A stretch of 64,000 nt of DNA from Waterburya sp. (GTDB lineage Bacteria > Cyanobacteriota > Cyanobacteriia > Cyanobacteriales > Xenococcaceae), in assembly GCA_965217895.1 (NCBI GenBank), contig CBDCJV010000002.1, positions 1,152,001 through 1,216,000 on the forward strand, given 5' to 3'. The notes below the pieces were generated by a model. It was not told the origin of the DNA, did no database searches, and saw only the letters and a program-made list of their open reading frames with translations. Both the position numbers and the translations under genes were made by a program. Positions 51,060 to 61,224 of this stretch are shown one piece after another (position 1 is the stretch's first letter; every line of letters begins with the position of its first letter).

Positions 51060-51761
51060 TTAAACAGTAAGATATCGATGGACTAAAGAATCCGACAATT
51101 CAGGGGTTGTTCCTCTAGCAACGATCGCACCTTTGTCCATAATAAAGAATCTTTGGGCAAGCTGGCGGATAAAGTCGATTTTCTGTTCGACGACAATTAC
51201 CGTAATGCCTTTTTCGCGGTTGATTCTTCTCAGGGTATCTTCAATTTCCTGCACAATAGAGGGTTGAATTCCTTCGGTGGGTTCGTCCAAAAGCATAATT
51301 TTGGGATTGCACATTAATCCTCTGGCGATCGCCAGCTGCTGTTGTTGTCCGCCACTAAGGAGTCCTCCTTGACGAGGTAAATGTTCTTTAAGCATTGGGA
51401 AAAATTCAAAGATCTCCGAGGGGATTCTTTTGCTGCTTTTGCCACTGGCACTAAAGCCTAGCTTTAAATTATCCAATACCGAAAGATAGGGAATAATTTC
51501 TCTACCCTGGGGAATGTAGGCAATACCGTAACGCGATCGCTTATAGGTAGGTGCTTTAGTAATATCTTTATTATCAAAAGAAAGGCTGCCTTTAGTTAAT
51601 TTATTTAAGCCAATAATGCTGCGTAAGAGCGTAGTTTTGCCCACACCATTACGCCCTAAAAGACCGACCATATCTCCTTTATTGATAGTCATGTCAACAT
51701 TAAACAACACGGGAGTTTGTCCATAGCCAGCAGTAAGATTATTAAGTTCAAGCAGCGACAT
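51060..51761 (-). CDS. urtE: Urea/short-chain amide ABC transporter ATP-binding subunit
   Basis: GRNGVGKT, IPQGREI, LSGGQQQQLAIAR, LDEPTEGIQP. Confidence 0.88.
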   Translation of the reverse strand: MSLLELNNLTAGYGQTPVLFNVDMTINKGDMVGLLGRNGVGKTTLLRSIIGLNKLTKGSLSFDNKDITKAPTYKRSRYGIAYIPQGREIIPYLSVLDNLKLGFSASGKSSKRIPSEIFEFFPMLKEHLPRQGGLLSGGQQQQLAIARGLMCNPKIMLLDEPTEGIQPSIVQEIEDTLRRINREKGITVIVVEQKIDFIRQLAQRFFIMDKGAIVARGTTPELSDSLVHRYLTV

Positions 51762-52503
51762 CGATTTTTTCCCTTCCTAAATAAACTTCAATTACTTTGG
51801 AGTTGTTTTGAATTTCCTGTACTGAGCCTTCAGCTAACTTTGCTCCCTGGTGCAGTACGATAATTCTTTCGGCGATTTGTTTAACAAATTCCATATCGTG
51901 TTCGATCGCAACTACGGCATAATTTTGTGCCAATGTTTTGATAATTTCCCCCGTGGCGTGGGTTTCTTCGGGGGTCATCCCAGCGGTGGGTTCATCCAAT
52001 AACACTAAACTAGGTTCTTGAGCGATTACCATGCCAATTTCTACCCACTGTTTTTGACCGTGAGATAATGAGCCGACTGTTTCGCTAGCATAATTCAATA
52101 AACCGATGCGATCGAGTACATCGATAATCTTATCTTTCTTACCCGAAGTTAATTTGGCAGTGATCGCACTAACAATTCCTCGCTTGCCTTTTAATGCCAA
52201 TAAAATATTTTCAAATACGGTTAATTCATTATAAACGTTGGGGTTTTGAAATTTTCGCCCGATACCCATTTTGGCAATTTCATAGGGATTTTTATTAGTA
52301 ATATCTTTACCTTGAAAATAAACATTTCCTTCTGCCACAGGAGACTTACAAACGATCGCATCTAAGAGAGTGCTTTTACCTGCACCGTTAGGACCAATAA
52401 TGGTCACAATTTCGCGATCGCCTACTTCTAAATCTACTCCTTTCAAGGCTTTGAAACCAGAAAAGACTACCTGCAAATTTTTGACTGATAAGATGGGTTT
52501 CAT
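51748..52503 (-). CDS. urtD: Urea/short-chain amide ABC transporter ATP-binding subunit
   Basis: FSGFKAL, GPNGAGKS, IGRKFQ, LSHGQKQWVEIGM. Confidence 0.88.
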   Translation of the reverse strand: MKPILSVKNLQVVFSGFKALKGVDLEVGDREIVTIIGPNGAGKSTLLDAIVCKSPVAEGNVYFQGKDITNKNPYEIAKMGIGRKFQNPNVYNELTVFENILLALKGKRGIVSAITAKLTSGKKDKIIDVLDRIGLLNYASETVGSLSHGQKQWVEIGMVIAQEPSLVLLDEPTAGMTPEETHATGEIIKTLAQNYAVVAIEHDMEFVKQIAERIIVLHQGAKLAEGSVQEIQNNSKVIEVYLGREKIDVAA

Positions 52504-52640
52504 AATTATTTTTTTCTCTTAAAGTTTGCTACAGATAACTGACGGGGAGACTAAGTGACTGAGGGAAGGTCTATCTGTATCATTCTTTTTTGTATTTCAT
52601 GTTGGTTTTTACTGTTACATTTAATTAACAATTACTTAAG

Positions 52641-53699
52641 TTATACTTTCTTTCTATTGAACAATTTTGTAACAGAACCTACCAATCCATCAGGAATAAA
52701 TAACACGACGATTAATAACAATATTCCTACAAATAATTGCCAGTCTTGAGTAACTTGTTCGGCAGAATTTTGAATTTGACCTAAAAGAATGGCAGCGATC
52801 AAAGGTCCAACCAATGTACCCCTGCCACCGATAGCTACCCAAATCACTACCTGCGTCCCAAAAGCCACTGCCAGATATACAGGAGAAATAAAGCGATTGA
52901 GAGGTACAAATAAACCCCCAGCGATACCTGCAATACCAGCAGAAAGAGTCCAGATAAAGATCTTGAAGCTAGCTACGTCATAGCCCAAATAGGAGATACG
53001 ATTTTCGTTCTCTTGAATTGAGCGCAAGATTAAGCCGAAGTTAGATTGAGTCAGCCACCAGCTACCTACCAGAACAAAGGTAGTAAACAGCAAAATCATC
53101 CAATAAATACCATTTGGGGGAATATCTGCGCCAAAGATACTTAGTTTGGATACATCAGTAATGCCGTTTGTTCCGCCTGTATATGCCTGTTGGCTAATAA
53201 AAAAGGTAGTTAAAGCCGAAGAGATTGCTAGGGTAATAATTGTAATATAGACCCCACTTACCTTAGAGCGAAAGATAAACCAGCCGATTAGATAAGCAAA
53301 AACAGCAGGGACTAAGACCATCGCGATCGCAGCTATGGGGAAATATTTTAAAGGCGCGATAAACCAGGGTAATTCCTTTAAGCCATTCCAGACCATAAAA
53401 TCAGGCAAATTTCCCCCGTAGGTATTAGCTGAGGCGGAAAGATTTAGCTTGAGATAATATGCCATGGCATAACCCCCCAGGGTAAAGAATACCCCGTGGG
53501 CAAAACTCAGAATTCCTGTAAACCCCCAAACTAAATCTAGGGAGATAGATAAAGCACCAAACAGCAAGAGTTTGGAGAGCAAGGATATTTGAAAATCACC
53601 AACTATAAACGGCAAAACTGCCATTACTAAAAAGCTGATTGCCGTAACAATAGCTAGCCTTGTAGGAGTTCGCGATCGCGTTGCAATACCAATAGTCAT
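52641..53699 (-). CDS. urtC: Urea/short-chain amide ABC transporter permease
   Basis: DLVWGFTGILS, LPDFMVWNG, TGGTNG, WVAIGGRGTL. Confidence 0.88.
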   Translation of the reverse strand: MTIGIATRSRTPTRLAIVTAISFLVMAVLPFIVGDFQISLLSKLLLFGALSISLDLVWGFTGILSFAHGVFFTLGGYAMAYYLKLNLSASANTYGGNLPDFMVWNGLKELPWFIAPLKYFPIAAIAMVLVPAVFAYLIGWFIFRSKVSGVYITIITLAISSALTTFFISQQAYTGGTNGITDVSKLSIFGADIPPNGIYWMILLFTTFVLVGSWWLTQSNFGLILRSIQENENRISYLGYDVASFKIFIWTLSAGIAGIAGGLFVPLNRFISPVYLAVAFGTQVVIWVAIGGRGTLVGPLIAAILLGQIQNSAEQVTQDWQLFVGILLLIVVLFIPDGLVGSVTKLFNRKKV

Positions 53700-53774
53700 T
53701 TTTTTAAAGGATGAATTGTGAAGGACGAGGAAAATAGAGTTCTGGAGAACAAATTAGCTTTTTGCAGACTAAAC

Positions 53775-53890
53775 CTTACGTAAGGGGTTTGGGGATGCCG
53801 TCACTTCCCCAATGGGGGAGGACACGAGGGGCGAATGTATTCGCCCCCTTGTGATGTCCGTTGGTCTGGGGGGCTAGTCCCCCAGTAGGG
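53775..53890 (-). repeat. Hairpin-rich dispersed repeat between urtB and urtC, related to the internal part of the 33616/63506 elements
   Basis: Reverse complement contains CTGGGGG..CCCCCAGACC and GGGGA..TCCCCAAACCCCTTACGTAA. Confidence 0.55.
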
Positions 53891-53953
53891 TTTTTGGCTT
53901 TCAAAAATTTGAGTAAGAAAAAAAAGAGCAATAGAGAAAGCATTTTAATTAAC

Positions 53954-54907
53954 CTAACCTCTCTTCTGAATGGTAAATAGACCTTCAGGCTTATAGCGAA
54001 TAAGAATGATAACTGCTGCCAGGACGATTACCCTAGCTGTAGGATCGTTAAGTAGATAAGCAATACCTGAGCTTGATTCGCCGATCACAAAAGCACCAGC
54101 TAAAATACCAACTAACTTATCCACTCCTCCTGTTACCACCGTCATCCAGGCATCGATTAAATAATCTTGTCCCATCGGTGGAGAAACACTTTTAAGAGAC
54201 GAAATAACCGAACCTGCTATACCCGCTAGTCCGCAACCATAAGCAAAAGTCACCATGTCTACCAAGCTAGTATTTACCCCCAAACACTTTGCCATTTCTC
54301 GGTTTTGAGTTACTGCCCGTACTTGACGACCTAAATCGGTCTTATTGAGCAAATAGCCTGTCAAAACAAGTAAAGCGATCGCCACTACCACAATAAACAG
54401 TCGATAATAAGAAATAGCGATCGCAGGAGAACCTTGAGCATCTTTGAGCAAGGTTAAATTACCAGATATGTAAGGTGGAGACTTTACATACTTTAGCTGT
54501 GCCGTGAAAATCAGCTTAATTATACCCTGCAAGACAATACTCAACCCCCAGGTAGCCAGCAAAGTTTCTAAAGGACGACCATATAATCGCCTAATAATAG
54601 TAAGCTCTACTAATGCCCCAATCGCCCCTGTAATTAGAAAGGAGAAGGGAATAGTTAGCAGTAAATCCATGCCAAAAGCATCCTGCATCAAGAAAGTAAC
54701 ATAAGCTCCCAGCATGATAAATTCTCCGTGTGCTAGGTTAATGATCCGCATCACCCCAAAGGTAATTGCCAAACCTAACCCAGTCAGCAAGAGAATTCCG
54801 ACAATACCAATCCCATTAACTAGCTGATTGCCTAAAGCAACCAAGCTAAATGCTTCAGTTGGTTCTTGGGTTGCGGCCTCTTGCGCCAAATAATAAAGCA
54901 AGTACAT
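53954..54907 (-). CDS. urtB: Urea/short-chain amide ABC transporter permease
   Basis: GLAITFGVMRIINLAHGEFIMLGAY, LYGRPLETLLATWG. Confidence 0.88.
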   Translation of the reverse strand: MYLLYYLAQEAATQEPTEAFSLVALGNQLVNGIGIVGILLLTGLGLAITFGVMRIINLAHGEFIMLGAYVTFLMQDAFGMDLLLTIPFSFLITGAIGALVELTIIRRLYGRPLETLLATWGLSIVLQGIIKLIFTAQLKYVKSPPYISGNLTLLKDAQGSPAIAISYYRLFIVVVAIALLVLTGYLLNKTDLGRQVRAVTQNREMAKCLGVNTSLVDMVTFAYGCGLAGIAGSVISSLKSVSPPMGQDYLIDAWMTVVTGGVDKLVGILAGAFVIGESSSGIAYLLNDPTARVIVLAAVIILIRYKPEGLFTIQKRG

Positions 54908-55018
54908 AATTACTAATTACTGATTACTGATTATCAATTACTGATTACGATGGTGGGCATTATCTCAAGAATCTTTTTCTGCTGTAGTTGATGATCATGC
55001 CCGCCCTACAATACTGTT

Positions 55019-56392
55019 CTAAGATTTTTCTAAATACTTAACTCCTAACTCTTTTCCTGTCTCTTTAGTAGGGTTACTGCGATCGTCAGGAGTTGGATGA
55101 ACGCACTCACGACCTGGATAAAGAACTTGACTCCAAGGAATTGGTTTGACTGCTGAAGGTGTAGCAAAGACAATATCTGCTTGTCCCTCGGCGTTCCATT
55201 TACCAATCCGCGAATAGAGATAGGTGTGGAAGTTTTCGGGATCGACTTTGACTAAACCTTGAGGTGCGTTAAACTCCTGCGTTCTAGTGGCTTCTCTCAA
55301 AGTTCCAGTATTTATTTCTCCTCCTTTTTTTAGTATGTCTGCCATAGCCTGTGCCATAAAGAAGGTTTGAATGTATGCCGCTTCCATTACCCCGTTAGTG
55401 ACTCGATTGTCGCCAAATTTTGCTTTAAACTGTTCGACGAAAGCTTTGTTTTCTGGAGTGTCTACGGTTTGGAAATAGTTAAAGCTGGTATAGTGACCTT
55501 GAGCATATTCTGCGCCCATCGCCTGAATTTCTTCTTCAGTAGTGGGATAAGCCATAATTGGTACTTGGTCGGCGGTAATCCCTGCATCTTTATACTGACG
55601 ATAGAATGCGGGAATGCTGTCTCCGACTAAGTTACTCAGCACAAAGTCAGGTTTAGCCTGCTTAATTTTATTAATAATGGTGATAAATTCTGTAGTTCCA
55701 AGGGGAGAATATTCATCACCGACGACTTGACCGCCAATTTTTTCTAGTTGGGCTTTGGCAATACGATTACTTTCTTTAGGGTAGATATAGTCTGAACCGA
55801 TAAAAAATCCTTTGGGTCCAAAATTCTTGTAACTATAGGGAATAGAATCGGTAATTTGTTGGTTTGGTGCAGCCCCCGCGTAGAAAACATCTGAGCTACA
55901 TTCGTTACCCTCATAGTAAACAGGATAGTAAAGAATAGTATTTTTTTCTTCAAATACTGGCAATACTGATTTACGACTGGCAGAGGTATAGCAACCAAGA
56001 ACACAGGTTACTTTATCTTCGTCGATGAGGCGTTTTGACATCTGGTTATACAAATCCCAGTCAGAGTTGGGGTTAACTACCACCTTCTGAATTTTTCTGC
56101 CGTTGATACCGACCCCTTTACCTTTCCAGGGACCTGTATCGGTATTTATCTGTTCCAACGCCAGAAAAGTAGCATCTTGTAACGATTTTTCGACAATCGC
56201 GATCGTTCCAGTAGTAGAGTACATTACTCCCACTTTGATTGGATTTTCTCCTAAGTCTTCGTCTCCTGTGCTAGAATTACCGCCACCAGTACAGGCAGCT
56301 AAGATACCTGTACCTACAGCCAATGAACTATATTGAATAAATTTACGGCGACTTAGACCTCCAAAAGTGGGAGGTTGATGCTTTTTGTTCAT
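55019..56392 (-). CDS. urtA: Urea/amide ABC transporter substrate-binding lipoprotein (UrtA/FmdD/AmiC family)
   Basis: Tat signal SRRKFI and lipobox LAAC; GCYTSASRKSV, YYEGNE, GSDYIYP. Confidence 0.85.
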   Translation of the reverse strand: MNKKHQPPTFGGLSRRKFIQYSSLAVGTGILAACTGGGNSSTGDEDLGENPIKVGVMYSTTGTIAIVEKSLQDATFLALEQINTDTGPWKGKGVGINGRKIQKVVVNPNSDWDLYNQMSKRLIDEDKVTCVLGCYTSASRKSVLPVFEEKNTILYYPVYYEGNECSSDVFYAGAAPNQQITDSIPYSYKNFGPKGFFIGSDYIYPKESNRIAKAQLEKIGGQVVGDEYSPLGTTEFITIINKIKQAKPDFVLSNLVGDSIPAFYRQYKDAGITADQVPIMAYPTTEEEIQAMGAEYAQGHYTSFNYFQTVDTPENKAFVEQFKAKFGDNRVTNGVMEAAYIQTFFMAQAMADILKKGGEINTGTLREATRTQEFNAPQGLVKVDPENFHTYLYSRIGKWNAEGQADIVFATPSAVKPIPWSQVLYPGRECVHPTPDDRSNPTKETGKELGVKYLEKS

Positions 56393-57036
56393 GTGTTTGT
56401 CTTTTCTACTGAATGAAATTGAAGATAGTTGCAATAAATAAATTTAATTGCAGAAGCAAATGAAAAACATCTCTTTTTTTAGCTCATAAAGATCGTATAT
56501 AAGGTATTAGGAATTTTAGATTATTAGTTTTTGCTTTACTGAAGAATAAACTTGTCTTCCTATTCGTTTTGTAAAATTGAATACATAATGAACGTTTTTC
56601 TTTAGTCGCTCCAATTATCATAATCAAGTAGACTAGCTAGTGCTGATTTTGGTTATTTCAAGCGCAAATCTTCGAGAATCTTAATACTGTAACTAAGCAC
56701 TAAGCATTCAAGAAGCTTTAATCGTTTTAGATAATTAATACTATCTATAAATAACATCCAAGACAATTTATGCAGTTGTTATATTTAACGTCTGGTGTTA
56801 ATTAAAACTTGCTTTTAGGATAGCTTTGGTTATGGAAATATTAACTTTTTCGAGTTGCACTCAATAAACACGCCTCCTAAGCTATAAAAAGTGATGAATT
56901 TTCACGTAGTTTTCTAAAGCTAAGAGCTAATAGCTAATAGCTGATAGCTAATAGCTAAAAACTAGTAAATTAGAGCGAAGCTAATTCACACTAAGCGTAT
57001 TTAATTATTTGTTGAACTGGGAATAAAATTTATTTT

Positions 57037-57050
57037 GTAGCCATTGTTAC
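57037..57050. promoter_or_regulatory. NtcA-binding box
   Basis: GTA-GCCATTGT-TAC (GTA-N8-TAC), A/T-flanked, between divergent nitrogen-assimilation operons. Confidence 0.7.
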
Positions 57051-57257
57051 TTTTAATATTCTGCAAATAGTCCAATATTCGTAAATGAGTTCGTTTTTGT
57101 TATTCAAATGATTTCTCTTTTTCACGAAATTATTTACACGAAAATATCAAAAGATTGCTAAAAAGTCCTACAGTTCCTAGCTGCAATCTTTAGTTTTGAG
57201 GAATCACATTTGTCAGATTTCCTCTTCCATACACTTATTAGTAAAGAGCAGAATAAA

Positions 57258-58445
57258 ATGCCAGAAACTCTCTTCAAAATTGACCTGACCAAACCAATGG
57301 CAAAGCAAGATGTCCCTGGTCATAATCGTTGGCATCCTGATATCCCCGCGGTAGTTTCTGTTAAGCCTGGTGATGTCTTTCGGATTGAATGTAAAGACTG
57401 GACGGACGGGCAAATTAGTAATAACGATGACCCCAGCGACATAGAGAAGGTGGATCTCAGAAAAGTCCATATGCTTAGTGGTCCAATTCGAGTAGAGGGA
57501 GCAAAACCAGGAGATATTTTAGTTGTAGACTTGCTAGATATTGGTACTTTGCCTGGAGATGAGTGGGGCTTTACTGGTATATTCTCGCGAGATAACGGCG
57601 GTGGTTTTTTGACCGATCATTATCCTCAAGCAGCTAAAGCCTGTTGGGATATACAGGGAATATATACTAGTTCGCGTCATATTCCTGGAGTACGCTTTGC
57701 AGGTATTACTCATCCTGGATTGATTGGTTGCGCCCCATCGATGGAATTATTGCAAACATGGAATAAGCGAGAAAGAGCTTTAGTAGCCAAAGGCGGACCC
57801 CCTTGGAAACCAGAAATACCAGATCTAGCAGCTTTACCCAACCCAGAAGAGGCAGTATTAGGAACTTTATCAGGTTCGGAATTTGAGCGCGTAGCAGCCG
57901 AAGCTGCTCGTACCGTGCCACCAAGAGAACATGGTGGAAACTGTGATATTAAAAACTTGTCTAAAGGTTCAAAAATATACTTTCCTGTATATGTAGATGG
58001 TGCCAACTTATCGATGGGTGATATTCATTTTTCTCAAGGAGATGGAGAAATATCATTCTGTGGTGCGATCGAAATGTCAGGCTATATCGATCTTCACGTA
58101 GATATTATCAAAGGGGGCGTGGAGAAATATGCGATGGTTAACCCCATCTTTAAACCAGGTCCTGTTGAGCCTCATTATTCAGAATATCTGATCTTTGAGG
58201 GTATTTCGGTTGATGAGTTTAGCGGCGAACAATATTACCTAGACGCTCATGTTTCCTATCGAAACGCCTGCTTGAATGCAATTAATTATCTAAAAAAATT
58301 CGGCTTTACAGGAGAACAAGCATATCTTTTACTTAGTTGCGCCCCTGTTGAAGGTAGAATTAGCGGTATTGTCGATGTGCCTAATGCTTGCTGTACTTTG
58401 GCATTACCTACTGCCATTTTTGACAAGAGTATTGTCCCGACATAA
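57258..58445 (+). CDS. fmdA: Formamidase (acetamidase/formamidase family)
   Basis: HNRWHPDIP, DWTDGQI, HMLSGP, PPREHGGNCDIK, DIHFSQGDGEI. Confidence 0.92.
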   Translation: MPETLFKIDLTKPMAKQDVPGHNRWHPDIPAVVSVKPGDVFRIECKDWTDGQISNNDDPSDIEKVDLRKVHMLSGPIRVEGAKPGDILVVDLLDIGTLPGDEWGFTGIFSRDNGGGFLTDHYPQAAKACWDIQGIYTSSRHIPGVRFAGITHPGLIGCAPSMELLQTWNKRERALVAKGGPPWKPEIPDLAALPNPEEAVLGTLSGSEFERVAAEAARTVPPREHGGNCDIKNLSKGSKIYFPVYVDGANLSMGDIHFSQGDGEISFCGAIEMSGYIDLHVDIIKGGVEKYAMVNPIFKPGPVEPHYSEYLIFEGISVDEFSGEQYYLDAHVSYRNACLNAINYLKKFGFTGEQAYLLLSCAPVEGRISGIVDVPNACCTLALPTAIFDKSIVPT

Positions 58446-58568
58446 GGATATTTTGGCAGGTTAAGTATACCTAATTGAAAAGGTGGGCAAAAGTATTTTT
58501 TCAATTTGAAAAGTTCAAACATAGCCCTTGCCCACCCTGCTATTGATTATCAATTATCCATTGACAAA

Positions 58569-58859
58569 ATGCCCCTATACGAATATCGCTGTGATACTTG
58601 CGGAGAATTTGAAGCTTGGCGCAGCATGGACAAATATAATGCACCTATAAACTGTCCTGACTGTAACCAAGCTGCAATAAAAATATTTTCTGCTCCTAAT
58701 GTTAATCTTAATTCAGGAAGTCTATCGGCGATCGCTAAGTCGCAGTCTTCTGAACCGAGAGTAGTTAAACGAGAACAAAAAGAACCTACCAAACCAAGAT
58801 ATCAAAGCTCCACTAGTAATAGACCTTGGATGGTTTCTCATGCCCCAGCAAGGTTTTAA
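58569..58859 (+). CDS. fmdB: FmdB-family zinc-ribbon protein
   Basis: MPLYEYRCDTCG..CPDC; C-terminal RPWMVSH. Confidence 0.85.
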   Translation: MPLYEYRCDTCGEFEAWRSMDKYNAPINCPDCNQAAIKIFSAPNVNLNSGSLSAIAKSQSSEPRVVKREQKEPTKPRYQSSTSNRPWMVSHAPARF

Positions 58860-58976
58860 AAAATGAAGATAGAAATAGTCTAAGGCAGCGAAAATAATAG
58901 TCAAGCGATCGCTATTAGGGAAGCCAACAAAAAGACTATTTTATAGGTTCTTAGACTTCTGCACGAATTAAAAACT

Positions 58977-59765
58977 TTGGTTAATAATGAAGTCAAAAGT
59001 CAAGCGTGTTTAATAATGAACATTAGTCTAGTTGGTTTTTATGGTGATAAACCTGTTCAGTTAATTAACCTGATTCAAAAGCTACAAACTCTGACAAATC
59101 AATTAATTAAAGATAAATTTGTCCCCTATCAGCTAGAACAAGTTCACGGGACAATTATTGGCTGTGAAGGCTATAAAACTGAGGCGGGCATAATTAATAA
59201 ATGGTTTTGTGAACGTAGAGAAGAAAGCAGATATATAGATATTCCTGGTTTGATTGACTATCTTCAGAATCGAGTTGATTTTCCTTTAGATATAAGGTTT
59301 GGAGGGTGCGATCGCCATACTGATTATAATTTCCTCAGTCGCAATCAACATCTTTACGAGCGTTCTTTTCAACTCCAACCAGCAGACAATCAAACCCTTC
59401 CTGTATTGATTGGTTGGTCATGGTCAAACAATAGCGTTTCTTTAGCAGTAGATAGTTTGCGTTGTGACTTACAGCAATTTGGTTTGCTGCATAAATATCA
59501 CGCGACTCCTAACGATGTAGATAATGACTTTTATCTACGTTTGGGAACTATCAATGCTAAGTTAACCTCAGCAGAAATTCAAGCTATCTCTACAGAAATT
59601 CGCAACTGGCTGGAAACTCAACCCGCTTTAAATATCCCAATTACCATAAACGACTTGGCTTTTGCCCAATATCAAGATTTAACTCTGGCGACAGCAACGA
59701 CTAAAATATTTCCCGTTGCGAAAATTACCTTTAGTCAACTTGAACAACTGTATTTTTTTAAATGA
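58977..59765 (+). CDS. Hypothetical protein (2H-phosphoesterase-like HGT motif)
   Basis: 262-aa ORF with QVHGTIIG; a homologous copy of its 3' end lies at 60530-60709. Confidence 0.6.
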   Translation: MVNNEVKSQACLIMNISLVGFYGDKPVQLINLIQKLQTLTNQLIKDKFVPYQLEQVHGTIIGCEGYKTEAGIINKWFCERREESRYIDIPGLIDYLQNRVDFPLDIRFGGCDRHTDYNFLSRNQHLYERSFQLQPADNQTLPVLIGWSWSNNSVSLAVDSLRCDLQQFGLLHKYHATPNDVDNDFYLRLGTINAKLTSAEIQAISTEIRNWLETQPALNIPITINDLAFAQYQDLTLATATTKIFPVAKITFSQLEQLYFFK

Positions 59766-59807
59766 ACAATTAGCAAGTTTTGCCAAGAATGAAGGTAACT
59801 TATACTC

Positions 59808-60140
59808 TTACAAATTACTAGCTTTTGCTGCTTCAGATAAAATATCATCCATCCAGGCATTAATACTTTTGTTCGCTTTTTTTGCTGCCAAATAAATTTG
59901 GCGGTGACGTTCGACCGATGTTCTAAAAGGTAGCTTACCTGAAAAAGATTTATCTGGCTTTTCATTGATTTCAGCGCACCATTCTAAGTAGTCATCTACG
60001 GAATTATGAAATTCTTGTTCCAACTCGGCTACGGTATTAGCTTGAAACGTAATTACATCTTTAATATCTAATACTTTGCCAAACAAGATTCCTTCTGTTT
60101 CATCTATTTCAGCAGATGCTGTATATCCTTTGTATTTCAT
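59808..60140 (-). CDS. hicB: HicB family antitoxin
   Basis: MKYKGY, FHNSVDDYLEWC, SGKLPFR..H..AA....SINAW. Confidence 0.9.
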   Translation of the reverse strand: MKYKGYTASAEIDETEGILFGKVLDIKDVITFQANTVAELEQEFHNSVDDYLEWCAEINEKPDKSFSGKLPFRTSVERHRQIYLAAKKANKSINAWMDDILSEAAKASNL

Positions 60141-60153
60141 AGTTGGTTTTGAG

Positions 60154-60416
60154 TTAGTAATCGTAATTGCTCACGCCAGCATTAATTAAAAATTCCTGTA
60201 CTGATTCGATCGCACCCTTATTTGTTTCTCTTTCTGGATGAGGATTATGGAACACCGCTTTAACTCCATTTAAAGACACTCGAACTTTTGAGCCTTTTCC
60301 CTGGAAATTGTGCCTCCGAGAGCTTTGAATAAGCTTTCTATATTTATCCATTTAATATCAGAATGAATGGGGGTAGAGAAAATAGCAGCAAGAGTTTGAC
60401 GTTACTTGCTATTCAT
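60154..60416 (-). pseudogene. hicA: HicA toxin pseudogene
   Basis: ATG AAT AGC AAG TAA (stop at codon 5), then RQTLAAIF..IKWINIESLFKALGG, a frameshift near 60302, then GKGSKVRV..FHNPHP. Confidence 0.85.
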
Positions 60417-60529
60417 GCACTGCCGATCAAATCAGTCATATTAATTATTTCGCATTTTAATTGCAATCAACTTTATGATATCATATTTAGATATCATTCC
60501 CGATCAGAGATTTTCTAAATATCCAATAG

Positions 60530-60709
60530 ATAAAAGCGATCGCAACTGACATTCTCGATATACTTGAAGCTCAACCATCTCTAAATATTTCGATTAGAGA
60601 AAACTTAGCTTTTGCCCAATATCAATATTCAACTCTTACAGGCGCAATAACCAAAATATTTCTTGCAAAAATAACCGTCAAACAATTATTGCAACTATAT
60701 CCTGATTAA
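60530..60709 (+). pseudogene. Orphan diverged copy of the 3' end of gene 58977-59765
   Basis: [59 protein letters not shown] vs IQAISTEIRNWLETQPALNIPITINDLAFAQYQDLTLATATTKIFPVAKITFSQLEQLYFFK. Confidence 0.8.
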
Positions 60710-61096
60710 TCTAGCTGCAATAATTCCCAGGTAAAGAACAAAAAAACCTAATACAGCACTACCTAGCCAATAGATAAATGCTTTATTTAGCTGAGAATCT
60801 CGTATTAAATTAATACTATCAAGTTCGTAAGTTGAAAAAGTAGTATAAGAACCTAAAAACCCGACAGCAATTAGTAAACGAATCTCTGGAGAAATTAGTA
60901 ACGCTCTTTCAAGTACTAAAGTTGTTAACAGCCCCATTGCAAAAGAACCAGTTAAATTAACAAATAAAGTGGCGTAGGGGAAGCCTGTGCCAAATCTTTG
61001 AGCGAGCCAAATGCTTAAGTAATAACGACTAAGAGAACCAGCGATCGCGCCAAGACTAACGGCGATAGGATTACGTACTGAGGGTTTTTCTAACAC
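60695..61096 (-). CDS. crcB: Fluoride efflux channel CrcB/FluC (likely GTG start at 61096)
   Basis: [36 protein letters not shown]. Confidence 0.93.
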   Translation of the reverse strand: MLEKPSVRNPIAVSLGAIAGSLSRYYLSIWLAQRFGTGFPYATLFVNLTGSFAMGLLTTLVLERALLISPEIRLLIAVGFLGSYTTFSTYELDSINLIRDSQLNKAFIYWLGSAVLGFFVLYLGIIAARLIRI

Positions 61097-61224
61097 TTCG
61101 GGAATAAAATGTAGTGTAATTGTGATTAAATGAACTAGGTTATGCAAATTTTTCACTTAGTCTAACGTTATTGACAGATTTATTATCCTAATTACATAGA
61201 TAACGTTAAACTAGACTCTGAAAG

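Noticed and set aside
56915..56960. Tandem TAGCTAA-type repeats (also ~29800, ~41563, ~54908, ~50008) as a CRISPR array
   Set aside because: 7-bp units without spacers are ordinary cyanobacterial STRRs; no cas genes present
3212..59965. Numerous short antisense or overlapping ORFs in the track (e.g. 3212-3580, 21902-22219, 25525-25818, 37031-37333, 49455-49781, 57710-58006)
   Set aside because: Shadows of well-supported genes on the other strand or frame
61097..61224. Fluoride riboswitch upstream of crcB
   Set aside because: No GGCGATGG..CGCC..TGA-type core seen; only an AT-rich inverted repeat (TAGTCTAACGTTAT/ATAACGTTAAACTA)
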